From NCBI GenBank assembly GCA_963745835.1, contig CAVUZH010000003.1, positions 1,216,001 to 1,280,000 of the forward strand: a stretch of 64,000 bases of DNA. The letters run 5' to 3'. Within the stretch, counting starts at the first letter, position 1, and every line of letters starts with the position of its first letter. Shown here piece after piece: positions 52,723 through 62,616 of the stretch. Below the pieces are notes generated by a model that was not told where the DNA came from, made no database searches, and saw only the letters and a list, made by a program, of their open reading frames with translations. This DNA comes from an uncultured delta proteobacterium (GTDB lineage: Bacteria; Desulfobacterota; Binatia; UBA9968). A program made the position numbers and the translations under genes.

Positions 52723-53550
52723 ATGCCCCCACCTGGTACTGGCGTCTTGTCGTTTGGGCTAGTGGCGATCCCGGTCCGCATCCATACCGCGACACATAGC
52801 GAGAACGTATCTTTCCACCTGCTGCACGAAAAATGCGGCTCGCGCGTGCGCAATCAGCACTATTGCCCAGTCTGTAACATCGTCGTTGAGCGTGCAGATC
52901 TTGTCCGCGGCTTCCAGCACGCCAAAGATCAGTACGTGCCGATCACCGAAGAGGAACTCGAAAGCCTCGAGGCCGAAGCCAACAACAGCATCGACTTAAA
53001 AGAGTTCATCCCGCTTGCTTCAGTCGATCCGGTCTATTTCGAGAACACTCACTATCTCGGCCCCGACAAAGGCGGAGAGAAGCCTTATCGCCTGCTTGCT
53101 GACGCAATGGCAAAGAGCGGCCGTGTCGCGATTGCCGAACTTGTAAGCCGCGGTAAAGAGCAGCTTGTACTGATCCGGCCATACCGCAAAGGTTTGGTGC
53201 TTCACACGATGTACTACGGTAATGAGGTTCGGGACTTCAAACAGGTGCCCAAAGGCGAGAACGTGAAGATTTCGGAAACGGAATTGGAGCTCGGCGTCGG
53301 TTTGATCGAGCGCCTTACATCGGAAGAGTTCAATCCGGAGAATTACAAAGACGAGTATCGCATCCGCGTGCTCGGCATGCTCGATGAAAAGAGCAAAGGT
53401 AAGGAAATCGTGATCGACAAAGCGCCGGCGCCGAAGCACGGCCAGGTGATCGACATCATGGAAGCGCTAAAGCGCAGCATGGAAAGAGTCCCGGCGAAGA
53501 AGAAACCCGCAACGTCCACGGCGGCAAAAAAGAAAAAGAAAGTTTCCTAG
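52723..53550 (+). CDS. ku: Ku DNA end-binding protein
   Basis: LSFGLVAIPV, CGSRV..CPVC, IDLKEFI, KPYRLL, YKDEYR, VIDIMEALKRS, Lys-rich tail. Confidence 0.93.
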   Translation: MPPPGTGVLSFGLVAIPVRIHTATHSENVSFHLLHEKCGSRVRNQHYCPVCNIVVERADLVRGFQHAKDQYVPITEEELESLEAEANNSIDLKEFIPLASVDPVYFENTHYLGPDKGGEKPYRLLADAMAKSGRVAIAELVSRGKEQLVLIRPYRKGLVLHTMYYGNEVRDFKQVPKGENVKISETELELGVGLIERLTSEEFNPENYKDEYRIRVLGMLDEKSKGKEIVIDKAPAPKHGQVIDIMEALKRSMERVPAKKKPATSTAAKKKKKVS

Positions 53551-53654
53551 TTTATCACCCACCTCACAGCGTCCAGCTCTTAGTCGCATTAACGCGACGT
53601 CGCACTGTGTCAAAAGTAACAGGCTTAAGACGTTTCGCAGCCTGACCATACCTT

Positions 53655-53900
53655 TTGTTAATAAAAACAGGCGATGGCATGTACGTTGCTGCCTTCGATC
53701 AAATGAGCAAAGAACGACTTTGCGACCATTGTGAGGGGATACTCACGAGCAAAGCTTATCGCGTGATCAGTGAGGATCCGGAAGGCGGCGGGATATTGCT
53801 CGACATGATTGTGTGTCGTCCGTGCAGCGACAAAGCGCAAGAACTTGGCTTACAAATTGACGAAATAGACTTTAACGACCGGTATCTAAAAAGGGGGTAG
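53655..53900 (+). CDS. Small zinc-ribbon protein
   Basis: CDHC and CRPC pairs; start uncertain. Confidence 0.55.
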   Translation: MLIKTGDGMYVAAFDQMSKERLCDHCEGILTSKAYRVISEDPEGGGILLDMIVCRPCSDKAQELGLQIDEIDFNDRYLKRG

Positions 53901-53956
53901 CTAACTTAACAAAGAAAAACAAACGCGCGCTTGTTCTAAGGACGGAGGGTAGCAAC

Positions 53957-54196
53957 GTGGCAATGTATCGCATCTGTGCCGTGTGCATTGCGTGTGGTGG
54001 TCTTCATACAATGGAAACCACAATTAGCTTACCCGTGGGACCTGTCAACAAACAAAGCATTGGGGAGGCGTATTCTAATAAAGATCCTCCTCTCCAAATA
54101 GCCGCGCTGAAGTACGTGCGAGTGCATTGCCCTAAGACCGGGCGACACTACGCACAGAGAGACGATAACAAAGTATTCCTCGTTCCGCTTACCTAG
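53957..54196 (+). CDS. Small zinc-binding protein
   Basis: GGAGG RBS; CIACGGLH and HCPKTG motifs. Confidence 0.6.
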   Translation: MAMYRICAVCIACGGLHTMETTISLPVGPVNKQSIGEAYSNKDPPLQIAALKYVRVHCPKTGRHYAQRDDNKVFLVPLT

Positions 54197-54502
54197 CATC
54201 ATTGACCGGGTTGACCTCCGGCTAGGCCGACCCGGCAGCCTGCAGAGGTCCTAAAATTCCAACCGTCTTTTGTCCACCCATTCTCGCGCCAGTTCCAATC
54301 CATGCGCTCGGCTTCCTTCATCGTCTTGAATATCTTGCCCTCGATTCGCGCGAGTTCGATGATTGAACCGGCTCGGGCGGGTTTGAAAACAGAGCCACGG
54401 GACTCGCATCCCTCCATGTATACGGAGTGGAGGAGCCGGAGATCTTGTAGCCTTTGTATTCGAGCATTGCAGTCTGTCCCGTTGCTGATAGCTACTGATG
54501 AT

Positions 54503-54592
54503 CATTGCTGTCGGATTCAGAATCCGCTGATAAACCGCACGCTCCTCCAGCAGTTTCTGCTTAAACTCCGCGTCCGTGGATGATGCCTTCAA
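54503..54592 (-). pseudogene. Small helical protein remnant copy 3
   Basis: DAEFKQKLLEERAVYQRILNPT, same peptide as copy 2 over about 21 residues. Confidence 0.55.
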
Positions 54593-54988
54593 CGTTCAAG
54601 CGATTGCAACGGGAGTCCGTGACAAAAAAGAGACCGCTGTACGCCTGCGCAGATTAGATTTGTTTCTATCCGATAGCTTAAGGGGGGCCAATTTGGCTAG
54701 AAGCGAAGGCCGCCCCAGTCTACCCCAGAGCGGCCCATGAGTGTTGACAGGTTTTACGCCGCTCTGCCGCCCTCACCGCGGATTTTAACGAGCTTACCTT
54801 TCGGTGTTTTCTCCGTCGGCTCATCCTTGAAACTCAGCACAGTCTGAAGATAATGGTGGCCAAGTTGGTCCTGGAGGATGTTGCGCCATAGATGTTCCTG
54901 CTGCTGTTCTTTTGGTTCTTGTTTCAAGCTCGCACGTCTCAGGGTTACTCTACTTATCCGCCTTCGAAACCTTGTCTTTGCGAAGTCA

Positions 54989-55318
54989 TCAAGCTTGTAC
55001 TAAGAATGCGCTCTTACTAATTGCCGTGCTAATTGCTTCTAGGTCTTCGTGAAATTTAATAGGGTCACCTAAGTCATTTTTCATAAGAGTAATGTAACCC
55101 TGAATAATGCTCATCAGGCTGGTGAAATCAGCCATCTCTTCCTGTATAGCGATTGAACTTTCAGTAAGACTCGACTGGTATGTCTGTTTCTGCAGATTCT
55201 CAGGCGAGTCAAAGTGACTTTGTGCAGCAATGAGGTCCGCTGTTATCTGCGAGGCGCGTGCTTCAAGGCGTAGGCTAATGTACTGCAACTCTTCTCGGAA
55301 TTTTTCTGCCTGAGTCAT
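54989..55318 (-). CDS. Small protein with a degenerate HisKA-like helix pair
   Basis: MADFTSLMSIIQGYITLM..LEAISTA resembles AHDFNNLL..I.GY without the His. Confidence 0.45.
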   Translation of the reverse strand: MTQAEKFREELQYISLRLEARASQITADLIAAQSHFDSPENLQKQTYQSSLTESSIAIQEEMADFTSLMSIIQGYITLMKNDLGDPIKFHEDLEAISTAISKSAFLVQA

Positions 55319-55750
55319 ATTCTACGGCATGCGCTTACTGGCACTGAATGTCTATACATAGCAATGCTTACTCTACGCTCGGATTTCTAGGCGTCTGTCT
55401 AATATTGAACATATTTCCTCTTGGGCAAGACGTATGCAGAAGTGGGAGGATCAAAAAAAAATGAAATCAAATAAAACCCATGTCCAAACGGCCGACTCGG
55501 AAAGCCTAGACGACATACAGACGGCTTTATTCATTAACCATATAGACGCCAGATCGGATGAGACCGGGACGGTGAAAAGCGTCCACTCGAAAAAGAGATA
55601 GACACGTGGGTGGACAAACAAAGATGACCGATGTTGATCACTATCGGGAACTAGGATTTGGAATATTTTGGGATCGCCGACCTATCTTCTTCTAATTTGA
55701 GCGAGTGGTAGATTAAAGACAAACGACGGCACTTTTATGGGGAGTAACAA

Positions 55751-56008
55751 ATGAACCCCAATCGCTTCAATCGATATGCCGTGAGCGAAACCGGCGCGGA
55801 TCACACTCTATTACCCGAAGTAGAACTTTGGACGGAAGTTATACTACAGGCAATGGATGACCTCCATGGAACTACAGCACATTTGGACCACCGCTCTGCT
55901 AGGGCATGGTTTGCTTCTGACCGTACTGAACTAGGCACCTTCGTTTGGGCTTGTCAGGCCATCAATGTGGATGCGAATTTCATTCGCTGCCGATTGGTAA
56001 AGACCTAG
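55751..56008 (+). CDS. Small helical hypothetical protein (phage-type)
   Basis: GGGGAG RBS; LWTEVILQAMDD..ARAWF..FVWACQAINVD..IR pattern. Confidence 0.6.
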   Translation: MNPNRFNRYAVSETGADHTLLPEVELWTEVILQAMDDLHGTTAHLDHRSARAWFASDRTELGTFVWACQAINVDANFIRCRLVKT

Positions 56009-56592
56009 ATGCGAATCCAGACGAGCTAGTACCACGCGACAAATCACTCCAGTCGGTTTTCAAAGTTTCAGATCAACCCACTTTTTCGCGAATACCAGGC
56101 CGGCCCGCTCTGGCTTGCTCAGCGTACCGTAAGGTTTCGATGCTTGAGGCGGCGATGATCTCGGGTGTCTTCTTACGTTTAGGCATCATGTGTCCGGTGA
56201 CTTCAAATACTCCCGAATTGGGTCGTTCTTGCAAAGAAAGATAGTTGTGATATTAACTCGCGGCATTTTTGGCGTGGACATCGGCCCACAACTCGATCGG
56301 AGAAGCAATGAAGCCATTCCTCGCGTACATCTCGGATGTCTTAAATAAATGCCAAACGTATCTCAGCGTGACAGCACAGCGATCGCCCCCGGAGGTGAGG
56401 TATCGGCAAGACATACTAATCATCTCCGCAGTAGTGCTAGTGATCTTAGCTCTTTTCTTGATCGGCGCATACGTCATCACTAGGTTTTAGGCCCAGCGTG
56501 CCTTCGCTGCATTTGCACCGGGAGATACTCACATGTTTAAGTTGCGCAGATTCTGTTGCGGACATAAGAAAGACACATTCCTTGCACGATTA

Positions 56593-56847
56593 ATGACGAT
56601 CCTTTTCGTCGCTGTTTGTCTCAGCGGTTGCAGTGACAAAGATTCACAAGGGTCTTTGGAAATTGATGTTATGGCGTGGAATGAAAAGGCAGACAAACTC
56701 AAAGCCAAAATAAAAAAGGCTGCTGCTGAGAATGATTCGGTTGCCCATCGGAACAACGAAGAAGAGGCTAAACGTCTCCAAGTTGAGCTAGGGGAATTAC
56801 TCGAACGGACTAGTGCATTAGAGGCAGAAAAAGAAGGACGGATCTGA
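56593..56847 (+). CDS. Small coiled-coil lipoprotein
   Basis: Lipobox LSGC, charged helical tail; start uncertain (ORF from 56533). Confidence 0.5.
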   Translation: MTILFVAVCLSGCSDKDSQGSLEIDVMAWNEKADKLKAKIKKAAAENDSVAHRNNEEEAKRLQVELGELLERTSALEAEKEGRI

Positions 56848-57426
56848 AGCTTTAAGCATCCAACGTTAGCGAGCATTGCCCGCGCTCAGCGGACGGACCG
56901 GTGTCTTGATGCCCTTGATCATCGATTGCCTGCTGATCGTCGTCATCAAAGATTCCCGCTAAGTGATCCTTAAATGTATGCGTCATGTTAGATTTGTTGT
57001 CTGATACATTTTTACTTACTGCCTGCATCTTCATTAGGTTTTAGTTTGCTTACTTGGTCAGTGTTTGCTTGCTGATAGCAGTTGTCAAAAACCTCTATTT
57101 CTCCTTGCAAAGCCACAACTTCGTGATAGGGCTTGGACACCACTTACAGCACCGGGGGATACTCAACCATGATCGCTCTGCGCGACTTCTCTTCGAAGTA
57201 CGGCAATGACCTATTGATAGTCTCATCTGTAGTTGCCGGATTAATGCTTTGTCTGCTTGTGCGAAAGACGACAAAATGGATTACAACAACGCTCGAAGCC
57301 ATCGAGGATAGCGATTAACCGCTCACTGACGAGCGATTCGATCTCAGCGGCCTCGCCTACTTCACCAGTCCGCAGCGCCGTCGGCTTTCGCTCCTGTCAT
57401 TGCTCTATTCACGATTGCGCCAAGGT

Positions 57427-57669
57427 TTAAAAACTTCTCCTTTGAAGAATCGCATTGAACTCCACGATCCCAACCTCGTCCACCATCGCCTTCGCTCGCC
57501 TGAGCACATACCGATCCATGCGACAACGACCGGAGCAAACCAGCTTAACCGGTGCGTGCTTGTTCTTGACGGCCATTGGAGCGTGACAAAACGGATTAGA
57601 GCATCGTTCAGGATACCCTTGGAACTCCGTTAACGCCTCACTGGCGAACGTTTGAGGATCAGCCATTGC
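57427..57669 (-). CDS. Small zinc-finger protein
   Basis: CSNPFC and CSGRCR motifs. Confidence 0.55.
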   Translation of the reverse strand, partial: AMADPQTFASEALTEFQGYPERCSNPFCHAPMAVKNKHAPVKLVCSGRCRMDRYVLRRAKAMVDEVGIVEFNAILQRRSF

Positions 57670-58020
57670 CATTCCTTTGCCCAACACGACTGCTTCTTCC
57701 TTTGCATGATCATCCGCAGCATCTGCCGTCGCCGGGGCTTATTAAGTTTGGTCCGCGAGACATTCCTGAGCTGCGAGATTCGCGTTGAAGAGACGAGCCT
57801 CCGCCACAAATTCAATTTTGAAATACGGCGTTCTTTCGAAGCACTTGCACCTTTAGCTTCTTTGCCTTGTGAGCCTTGTAGCCCAGTCCGGTCATTGTTC
57901 CCGCCGCTCAAGGCGCTACGTCCGGAATCCAAACTTTTCGATCGGCCAGCGGGACTGGCCTCAATCCCTCCGGGAGCTCCATACTCTAGTCTGCATCTAC
58001 AAAAATTCCGCAGGCGCCGT

Positions 58021-58728
58021 TCACTGCCAGTGCTCGCACGCAATGTATAAATCACCCGGAATCCAAAACTCGTAACGCTGCAGCGCGCTGTCCAAATCGA
58101 AATCAATCTTTTTTGCAATCTCGCGCGCACGTTCCCAGCACGGCACGCATTTTCCGCGCTCTCCCTGCTGAACGTACACATTGATGATAGAATCGTACTT
58201 TTTAAAGATTGCGTTTTCTTCCGAAAACAGAAGATCCAATCGTTCTAGGTAACTGTATTCATCCTCATAAGCATAACCGTCATACACTGAGGGCTTGCCG
58301 AAGTAAGTTTTTCCTTTTTCCCACTCCGGCAAGTTGGGATCTTCCGCGGCTGGAGGGCGATCATCAAAACAATCGGCTTCGTCGTCCTCGTCAAGGTCGC
58401 GGCCTACAACGCGGCGCAACTCCGGTGCATCCCACTTCCACCAAGCCCAAGGGCGCAGCCCGGGGCGGTAATGCGCATGCGCCGGTACAAGCTCATCTCG
58501 AACCGCTTCGTACAATTGTTTTTTTGTTTCTTTATCGCCACGCTCCTCGCAGAGCTGTGTAAAAAAGAAATGTCCGGTAACCAAACCTCGAAGTTCTGCC
58601 AAGCCGGCATTGGCTCTGAATTTATAGTCAACATTCCATGGTATGCCTTGTCGAATCAGGTCGTGCAGATCCGAAATAATCCGGTCATTGATTCGTTTGA
58701 CGCGGATCATCTGTTTGCGTACCGGCAT
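58021..58728 (-). CDS. Hypothetical protein co-transcribed with the small terminase
   Basis: GGAGG RBS inside terS, 2-bp gap; PGLRPWAWWKW motif, C-terminal Cys cluster. Confidence 0.7.
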   Translation of the reverse strand: MPVRKQMIRVKRINDRIISDLHDLIRQGIPWNVDYKFRANAGLAELRGLVTGHFFFTQLCEERGDKETKKQLYEAVRDELVPAHAHYRPGLRPWAWWKWDAPELRRVVGRDLDEDDEADCFDDRPPAAEDPNLPEWEKGKTYFGKPSVYDGYAYEDEYSYLERLDLLFSEENAIFKKYDSIINVYVQQGERGKCVPCWERAREIAKKIDFDLDSALQRYEFWIPGDLYIACEHWQ

Positions 58729-58730
58729 TT

Positions 58731-59063
58731 TTATCGTCTACCTCCATATCTCAGCGACGGCGGCCTTGGTTTATCTGGCTCCTCGCTTAGATTTAGTTCG
58801 CGAACAAGACGAGCAAATGCGATCCTCGAATCCTTTTCGACTACTGCTTCCGGCCGAATTTTCGTCTCGCCATACTTGTTTTCGAATGTCATCCCGTGCT
58901 TTTTGATGGCTTCACGTGCCTGCTGGCACCGATCCCACGCTTCGGCAGCCAGTTGGAAAAGTCTGACGTGATGCGACTCTAATTCGTAGTCGGAAAGCAC
59001 ACTTTCGAACCATTTCCGTGTCGTTGCGCGTAGGTGCTTAGGTGCTTTCTGGTTTGGGGTCAT
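58731..59063 (-). CDS. Phage terminase small subunit, P27 family
   Basis: APKHL..W..V, L..AAEAWDR..AREAIKKHG, KIRPEA, FARLVRELNL. Confidence 0.82.
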   Translation of the reverse strand: MTPNQKAPKHLRATTRKWFESVLSDYELESHHVRLFQLAAEAWDRCQQAREAIKKHGMTFENKYGETKIRPEAVVEKDSRIAFARLVRELNLSEEPDKPRPPSLRYGGRR

Positions 59064-59089
59064 CGTTTTTTATAGAAACGGGGTCGGTC

Positions 59090-59156
59090 CGCTTATAAAC
59101 GCGACTGCTGAGCGGTCCACACCGCTGATAATCGTGAACAATTGCACGGCCCCGGT
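59090..59156 (-). other. Putative cos packaging site
   Basis: Minus strand GGGGCCGTGCAA..GACCGCTCAGCAGTC (GAC-N9-GTC dyad) about 40 bp upstream of terS. Confidence 0.45.
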
Positions 59157-59486
59157 TTTCAGCCCGATTTGAATTCTTTGACTCGCTCCTCGCGACGCTT
59201 GCACTCTTTGCAAATCGGTTCGCGCTTGCATTTGCCACCGGCCACAATTCCAGATGCACGGAATGTGCGGCTTTCTGTTGTTTGGTTTGCCCATGCTAGT
59301 TACTCAGCCTCCAAAGGGCTCATGGCAAGATCTTTCAATTTCGGATAATGGCTTGCAACATCTTTGCAGTGAAAAACTAGTCATCCGCGGGGATGATTAC
59401 AGACGCCGCCAAGATCAAAATTGACAAATCCTAAACTTCCGGTTGTGTTTCCTTTATCGTGAAGATCCCTCGAGTATCTTCGGAAG

Positions 59487-59879
59487 TTACGATTTGCCTT
59501 TTTCGATTTCGCGCAATGCGAGCAGCACACGCTTCCCTTCAGCAACAACAGCTGATACAGTACAGCCTGACATGCCGAGATACTCTTTCTTGGCTTCGTG
59601 CGCGATCAAGCTCTTTCCGGCCACCTTCGATCGCCTCATCAAGAAATCGCTCTTGGCCTTCGAGAATTTCAGTTCTTCACGAAGGGATGATTTGGTATCG
59701 ATACTCTTAATAACCGCCGTCAAAAAAAGTCCACTCAATGCGCTGCGCGTATCTACTACTGGCGCCATGATCTTCATCGTAACGTTATTGATCTCATTTC
59801 TTACGCTTTGCTTCTCGGCCTGCAGGACTTGCATCTGCTGCTTGATCTCCGTTGTTGATATCGCCTGATTTGATTCCAT
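59487..59879 (-). CDS. Hypothetical coiled-coil protein
   Basis: AGGAG RBS, 130-aa ORF in the satellite operon. Confidence 0.6.
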   Translation of the reverse strand: MESNQAISTTEIKQQMQVLQAEKQSVRNEINNVTMKIMAPVVDTRSALSGLFLTAVIKSIDTKSSLREELKFSKAKSDFLMRRSKVAGKSLIAHEAKKEYLGMSGCTVSAVVAEGKRVLLALREIEKGKS

Positions 59880-59905
59880 TTACTTTCTCCTCTTCTTTTT
59901 TTGGG

Positions 59906-60427
59906 TTATCGATTTAGCAGGTGTGAAAAACTAACCGGCCGCGTTCTACATTCGCATCGAACACTGGCCAAGAATTTCTCCGTAAACTCTTTCTGGAATT
60001 TCTCCGCGGCTGGCTCGCTTTCGCCCTTGCCAAGCATCCCCATGAACCGACCCTCGATCATTTGCTGGCGATGTTTAGTTTCATGCGCCGTTACACATGC
60101 GACTTTACCGGCGCAGTCAGAGCCATTCATGCGGATAGCGATAGTATTAGAACTCGGTAACGCATACCCCAGCTTATTTGGTGATTTTCGAATCTCTTCG
60201 GCGGTCATCTCGCGGACCGCCGGTGGATCGATCCCCAACGTGAAGCTGGCAAGTTCGCAGGCTGCCCATGCGACTATATCCCGCCGAGGCGGATCGATCT
60301 CAATGAAGCTGCGAACCAAACGCGCGCGGCGTGCTATCTGGCTCTTATGCTCTTCCACTCGGATCAAACCCCGTTGGTAAATTTCTCGACGGTCAAAGTT
60401 CCGATCAGCTCGTTCGTAATAACTCAT
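59906..60427 (-). CDS. Zincin-like metallopeptidase (HExxH)
   Basis: LGYA..IAIR..VTAHETKHRQQ..E..AEKF; AGGAG RBS. Confidence 0.65.
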   Translation of the reverse strand: MSYYERADRNFDRREIYQRGLIRVEEHKSQIARRARLVRSFIEIDPPRRDIVAWAACELASFTLGIDPPAVREMTAEEIRKSPNKLGYALPSSNTIAIRMNGSDCAGKVACVTAHETKHRQQMIEGRFMGMLGKGESEPAAEKFQKEFTEKFLASVRCECRTRPVSFSHLLNR

Positions 60428-60737
60428 GTTGCTCCTAATTCTTTCCCGATTCCGCTTTTCGCCTGAATAAACGCTTCCAAGTCCGTCCGCGCGAATCGAA
60501 CGTAGTGACCCAACTTGATGCTTTTGATTTTTTGCTCCCGCGCCATCGATGCGAGCCAAGTGGGCGAACATTTAAAAATTGTGCTGCCTCTTCGGTGTCG
60601 AATAAGAGCTTTTCCGGCTTGCCATTCCGAGCAATTAGAGAGTTCTGAAGCTCTTCCCGCACAGCCTGACGCACAAGCTGCTTCAGTCCTTCAAACAATG
60701 GATTGACCGTATCCGGCGCCGGTAAAGTGGGTTTCAT
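60424..60737 (-). CDS. Excisionase-type HTH protein, frameshift near 60565
   Basis: AVREEL..LLFDTEEAAQFLNV then shifted TWLASMAREQKIKSIKLGHYVRFARTDLEAFI; corrected stop overlaps next ATG. Confidence 0.75.
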
Positions 60738-60813
60738 TTAATTGAACCGCCGAAGATGTTTAGTGCGTCCTGCACCTTCGCGTTACTATGGCCGTTCGGA
60801 TTCGTTGCTTTTC

Positions 60814-62010
60814 CTATAGAGTGGTATGGGAAAGCAAAGCATTTTGCCCATCAATTAGGCAGTAAAGGAACGCATCGGCTTTTTTACCGGTACCGATCCT
60901 TTCTATCTCTCCGCGCTCTCTTAATATCTCCAAGGCTCTACGTGTTAGCTTTTCCGTCGTCTCTGCCTCTTTGGCGATGGTCTTCACGTCCATCGGCTCT
61001 AGGGTAAGAACGGCCTTGACCTTCTCCAGTGCTTGGGATTGTCCAAACTCTTCCGGTGTACCGAGAACCTTGTAGTCATCGCCCACTAGCTCGACTATCA
61101 ACTCCGGTGGACTCTCTTCATATCGACCAAGCGTCTTTAAGATCCGCTTGTTGGATGCTTCGCCCGGTCTGCGTTCGAGAAATATTGCCTGATCAACGAG
61201 GCCAAAGAGAGCCGATCCACCGCGGATGCTCCTACCGTCATCTCCTCCGCTTTTCCGCTCATGATGTATCAGCAACACGGCTGCATCCGTTTCTCGCGCC
61301 ATTTCTAGCAGCGGCGATACTTCCCGGATCACCTCCATGTTGTTGTTCTCGTCCATGACGTTCCAGAATCGGGAAAGCGAATCGATGACAACCAAGACAA
61401 TCTTCTTTTCGATTACAAAATTCTTGATGGTTTTGAGTGTTTTGGACTGCTCTTGAACTGTGCCGACGTGAACATAAACAGGATCATCTTCTCTCAAGCC
61501 GAAGCGCTTGAGCCGTCTCTCAACGTCTCGCACATGCTCTTCTACCGCCAGGATCAACACGGCACCGCGATCGGTTTTTCGTTCCAGAAAGTCCAAACCC
61601 TGAGCGATACAGATGATCAACCGGTAAACCAAGGTGCTCTTGCCGGTCTTCATGTAGGCGATCAGTAGGTTAAGAGTGCCTTTGGCGATGAACCCAAAGA
61701 GTAGGTAAGGAATAATTGCTGTCACTCGGCTTAATAACTCAGCCGCGGAAACAGGATTAAAATGCTTTGCTTTCCCAATATCTCCCTTAGGGACAAGCAA
61801 AGCATTTTGGCCACCTTGGCGCCGGCCGCGCTCCGCTTGTAGTATCCTCATCTCCTGCTCATTGTATGTCTCGAGGATTGGATCGCCGGCTTGTTTGGCC
61901 CAGCGGATGTCTTCGTCAATCAATCTCTGAGCCTGATCAAGCCGTGCATCGGAGTACGTAGAGAAATCAGGGTGCTCGCGCCAGCCGTTATCTTCAGCCG
62001 CGCTCGTCAT
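60814..62010 (-). CDS. AAA_25 / RepA-type RecA-fold helicase with C-terminal wHTH
   Basis: Walker A AYMKTGKS, Walker B VVIDSL, LIHHERK and IRGGSAL motifs. Confidence 0.85.
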   Translation of the reverse strand: MTSAAEDNGWREHPDFSTYSDARLDQAQRLIDEDIRWAKQAGDPILETYNEQEMRILQAERGRRQGGQNALLVPKGDIGKAKHFNPVSAAELLSRVTAIIPYLLFGFIAKGTLNLLIAYMKTGKSTLVYRLIICIAQGLDFLERKTDRGAVLILAVEEHVRDVERRLKRFGLREDDPVYVHVGTVQEQSKTLKTIKNFVIEKKIVLVVIDSLSRFWNVMDENNNMEVIREVSPLLEMARETDAAVLLIHHERKSGGDDGRSIRGGSALFGLVDQAIFLERRPGEASNKRILKTLGRYEESPPELIVELVGDDYKVLGTPEEFGQSQALEKVKAVLTLEPMDVKTIAKEAETTEKLTRRALEILRERGEIERIGTGKKADAFLYCLIDGQNALLSHTTL

Positions 62011-62129
62011 CTTCCAAGGTCCTCGCGGATGAAGCGGAGCGCATCGAGTATCTGATGCTCTTCGGCTTCGCTCCCCGCCAGAGGATAGATTTTCAACTCA
62101 CCACCGATGATTTCAACGATGGCCCGCAT
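62007..62129 (-). CDS. 40-aa protein coupled to the helicase gene
   Basis: MRAIVEIIGGELKIYPLAGSEAEEHQILDALRFIREDLGR*; ATGA overlap. Confidence 0.45.
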   Translation of the reverse strand: MRAIVEIIGGELKIYPLAGSEAEEHQILDALRFIREDLGR

Positions 62130-62259
62130 TGGTATCCCGCTTGCGGTATCGAGTGGAGTGATGTATCTGTAGCCATAGTTTAATCCCTTTCGCCCGCCCG
62201 ATTTTGCAGATCGTGGCGGGCATTTTTGTGCTCGCCGTGCGGGCTATGGTTTCTTTGCT

Positions 62260-62466
62260 TTAAGCCGCTTCAACCGGCTCTCGCCGACGGTTTCTCAACT
62301 CCGCTTTACACGCCTCGACATCGGACTTTCGAAAGACCCGGCGTTTTGCAGTTGTCATGATCGATGGCAACCGGCCGCTTCTCGCCAGGTTGTCGACCGT
62401 GCCCTCGCTTACCTCTAAACTGCGTGCGACGAATGATCTCGTCATTAAAACTTCAGCGTCATTCAT
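62260..62466 (-). CDS. Xis/AlpA-like HTH protein
   Basis: MTRSFVARSLEVSEGTVDNLARSGRLPS..RRVFRKSDVE; GAGGGG RBS. Confidence 0.78.
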   Translation of the reverse strand: MNDAEVLMTRSFVARSLEVSEGTVDNLARSGRLPSIMTTAKRRVFRKSDVEACKAELRNRRREPVEAA

Positions 62467-62616
62467 AAGACCCCCTCGTCACTCCGTTTTCTAAAACATG
62501 CTTCGTTAAGCTATGCTTCATAATGTTAAGTATGATACAGTTAAGTCACACGGCAGAACAACACCTGCCGTGTTACAATTATTTTGCGAAAAATGCCTCT
62601 TAGCCGTGTGACAAAA

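Noticed and set aside
57630-58181. 183-aa minus-strand ORF and similar long shadow ORFs (e.g. 2005-2565, 20001-20483, 35884-36507, 42918-43568)
   Set aside because: They overlap or lie antisense to better-supported genes and carry no motifs
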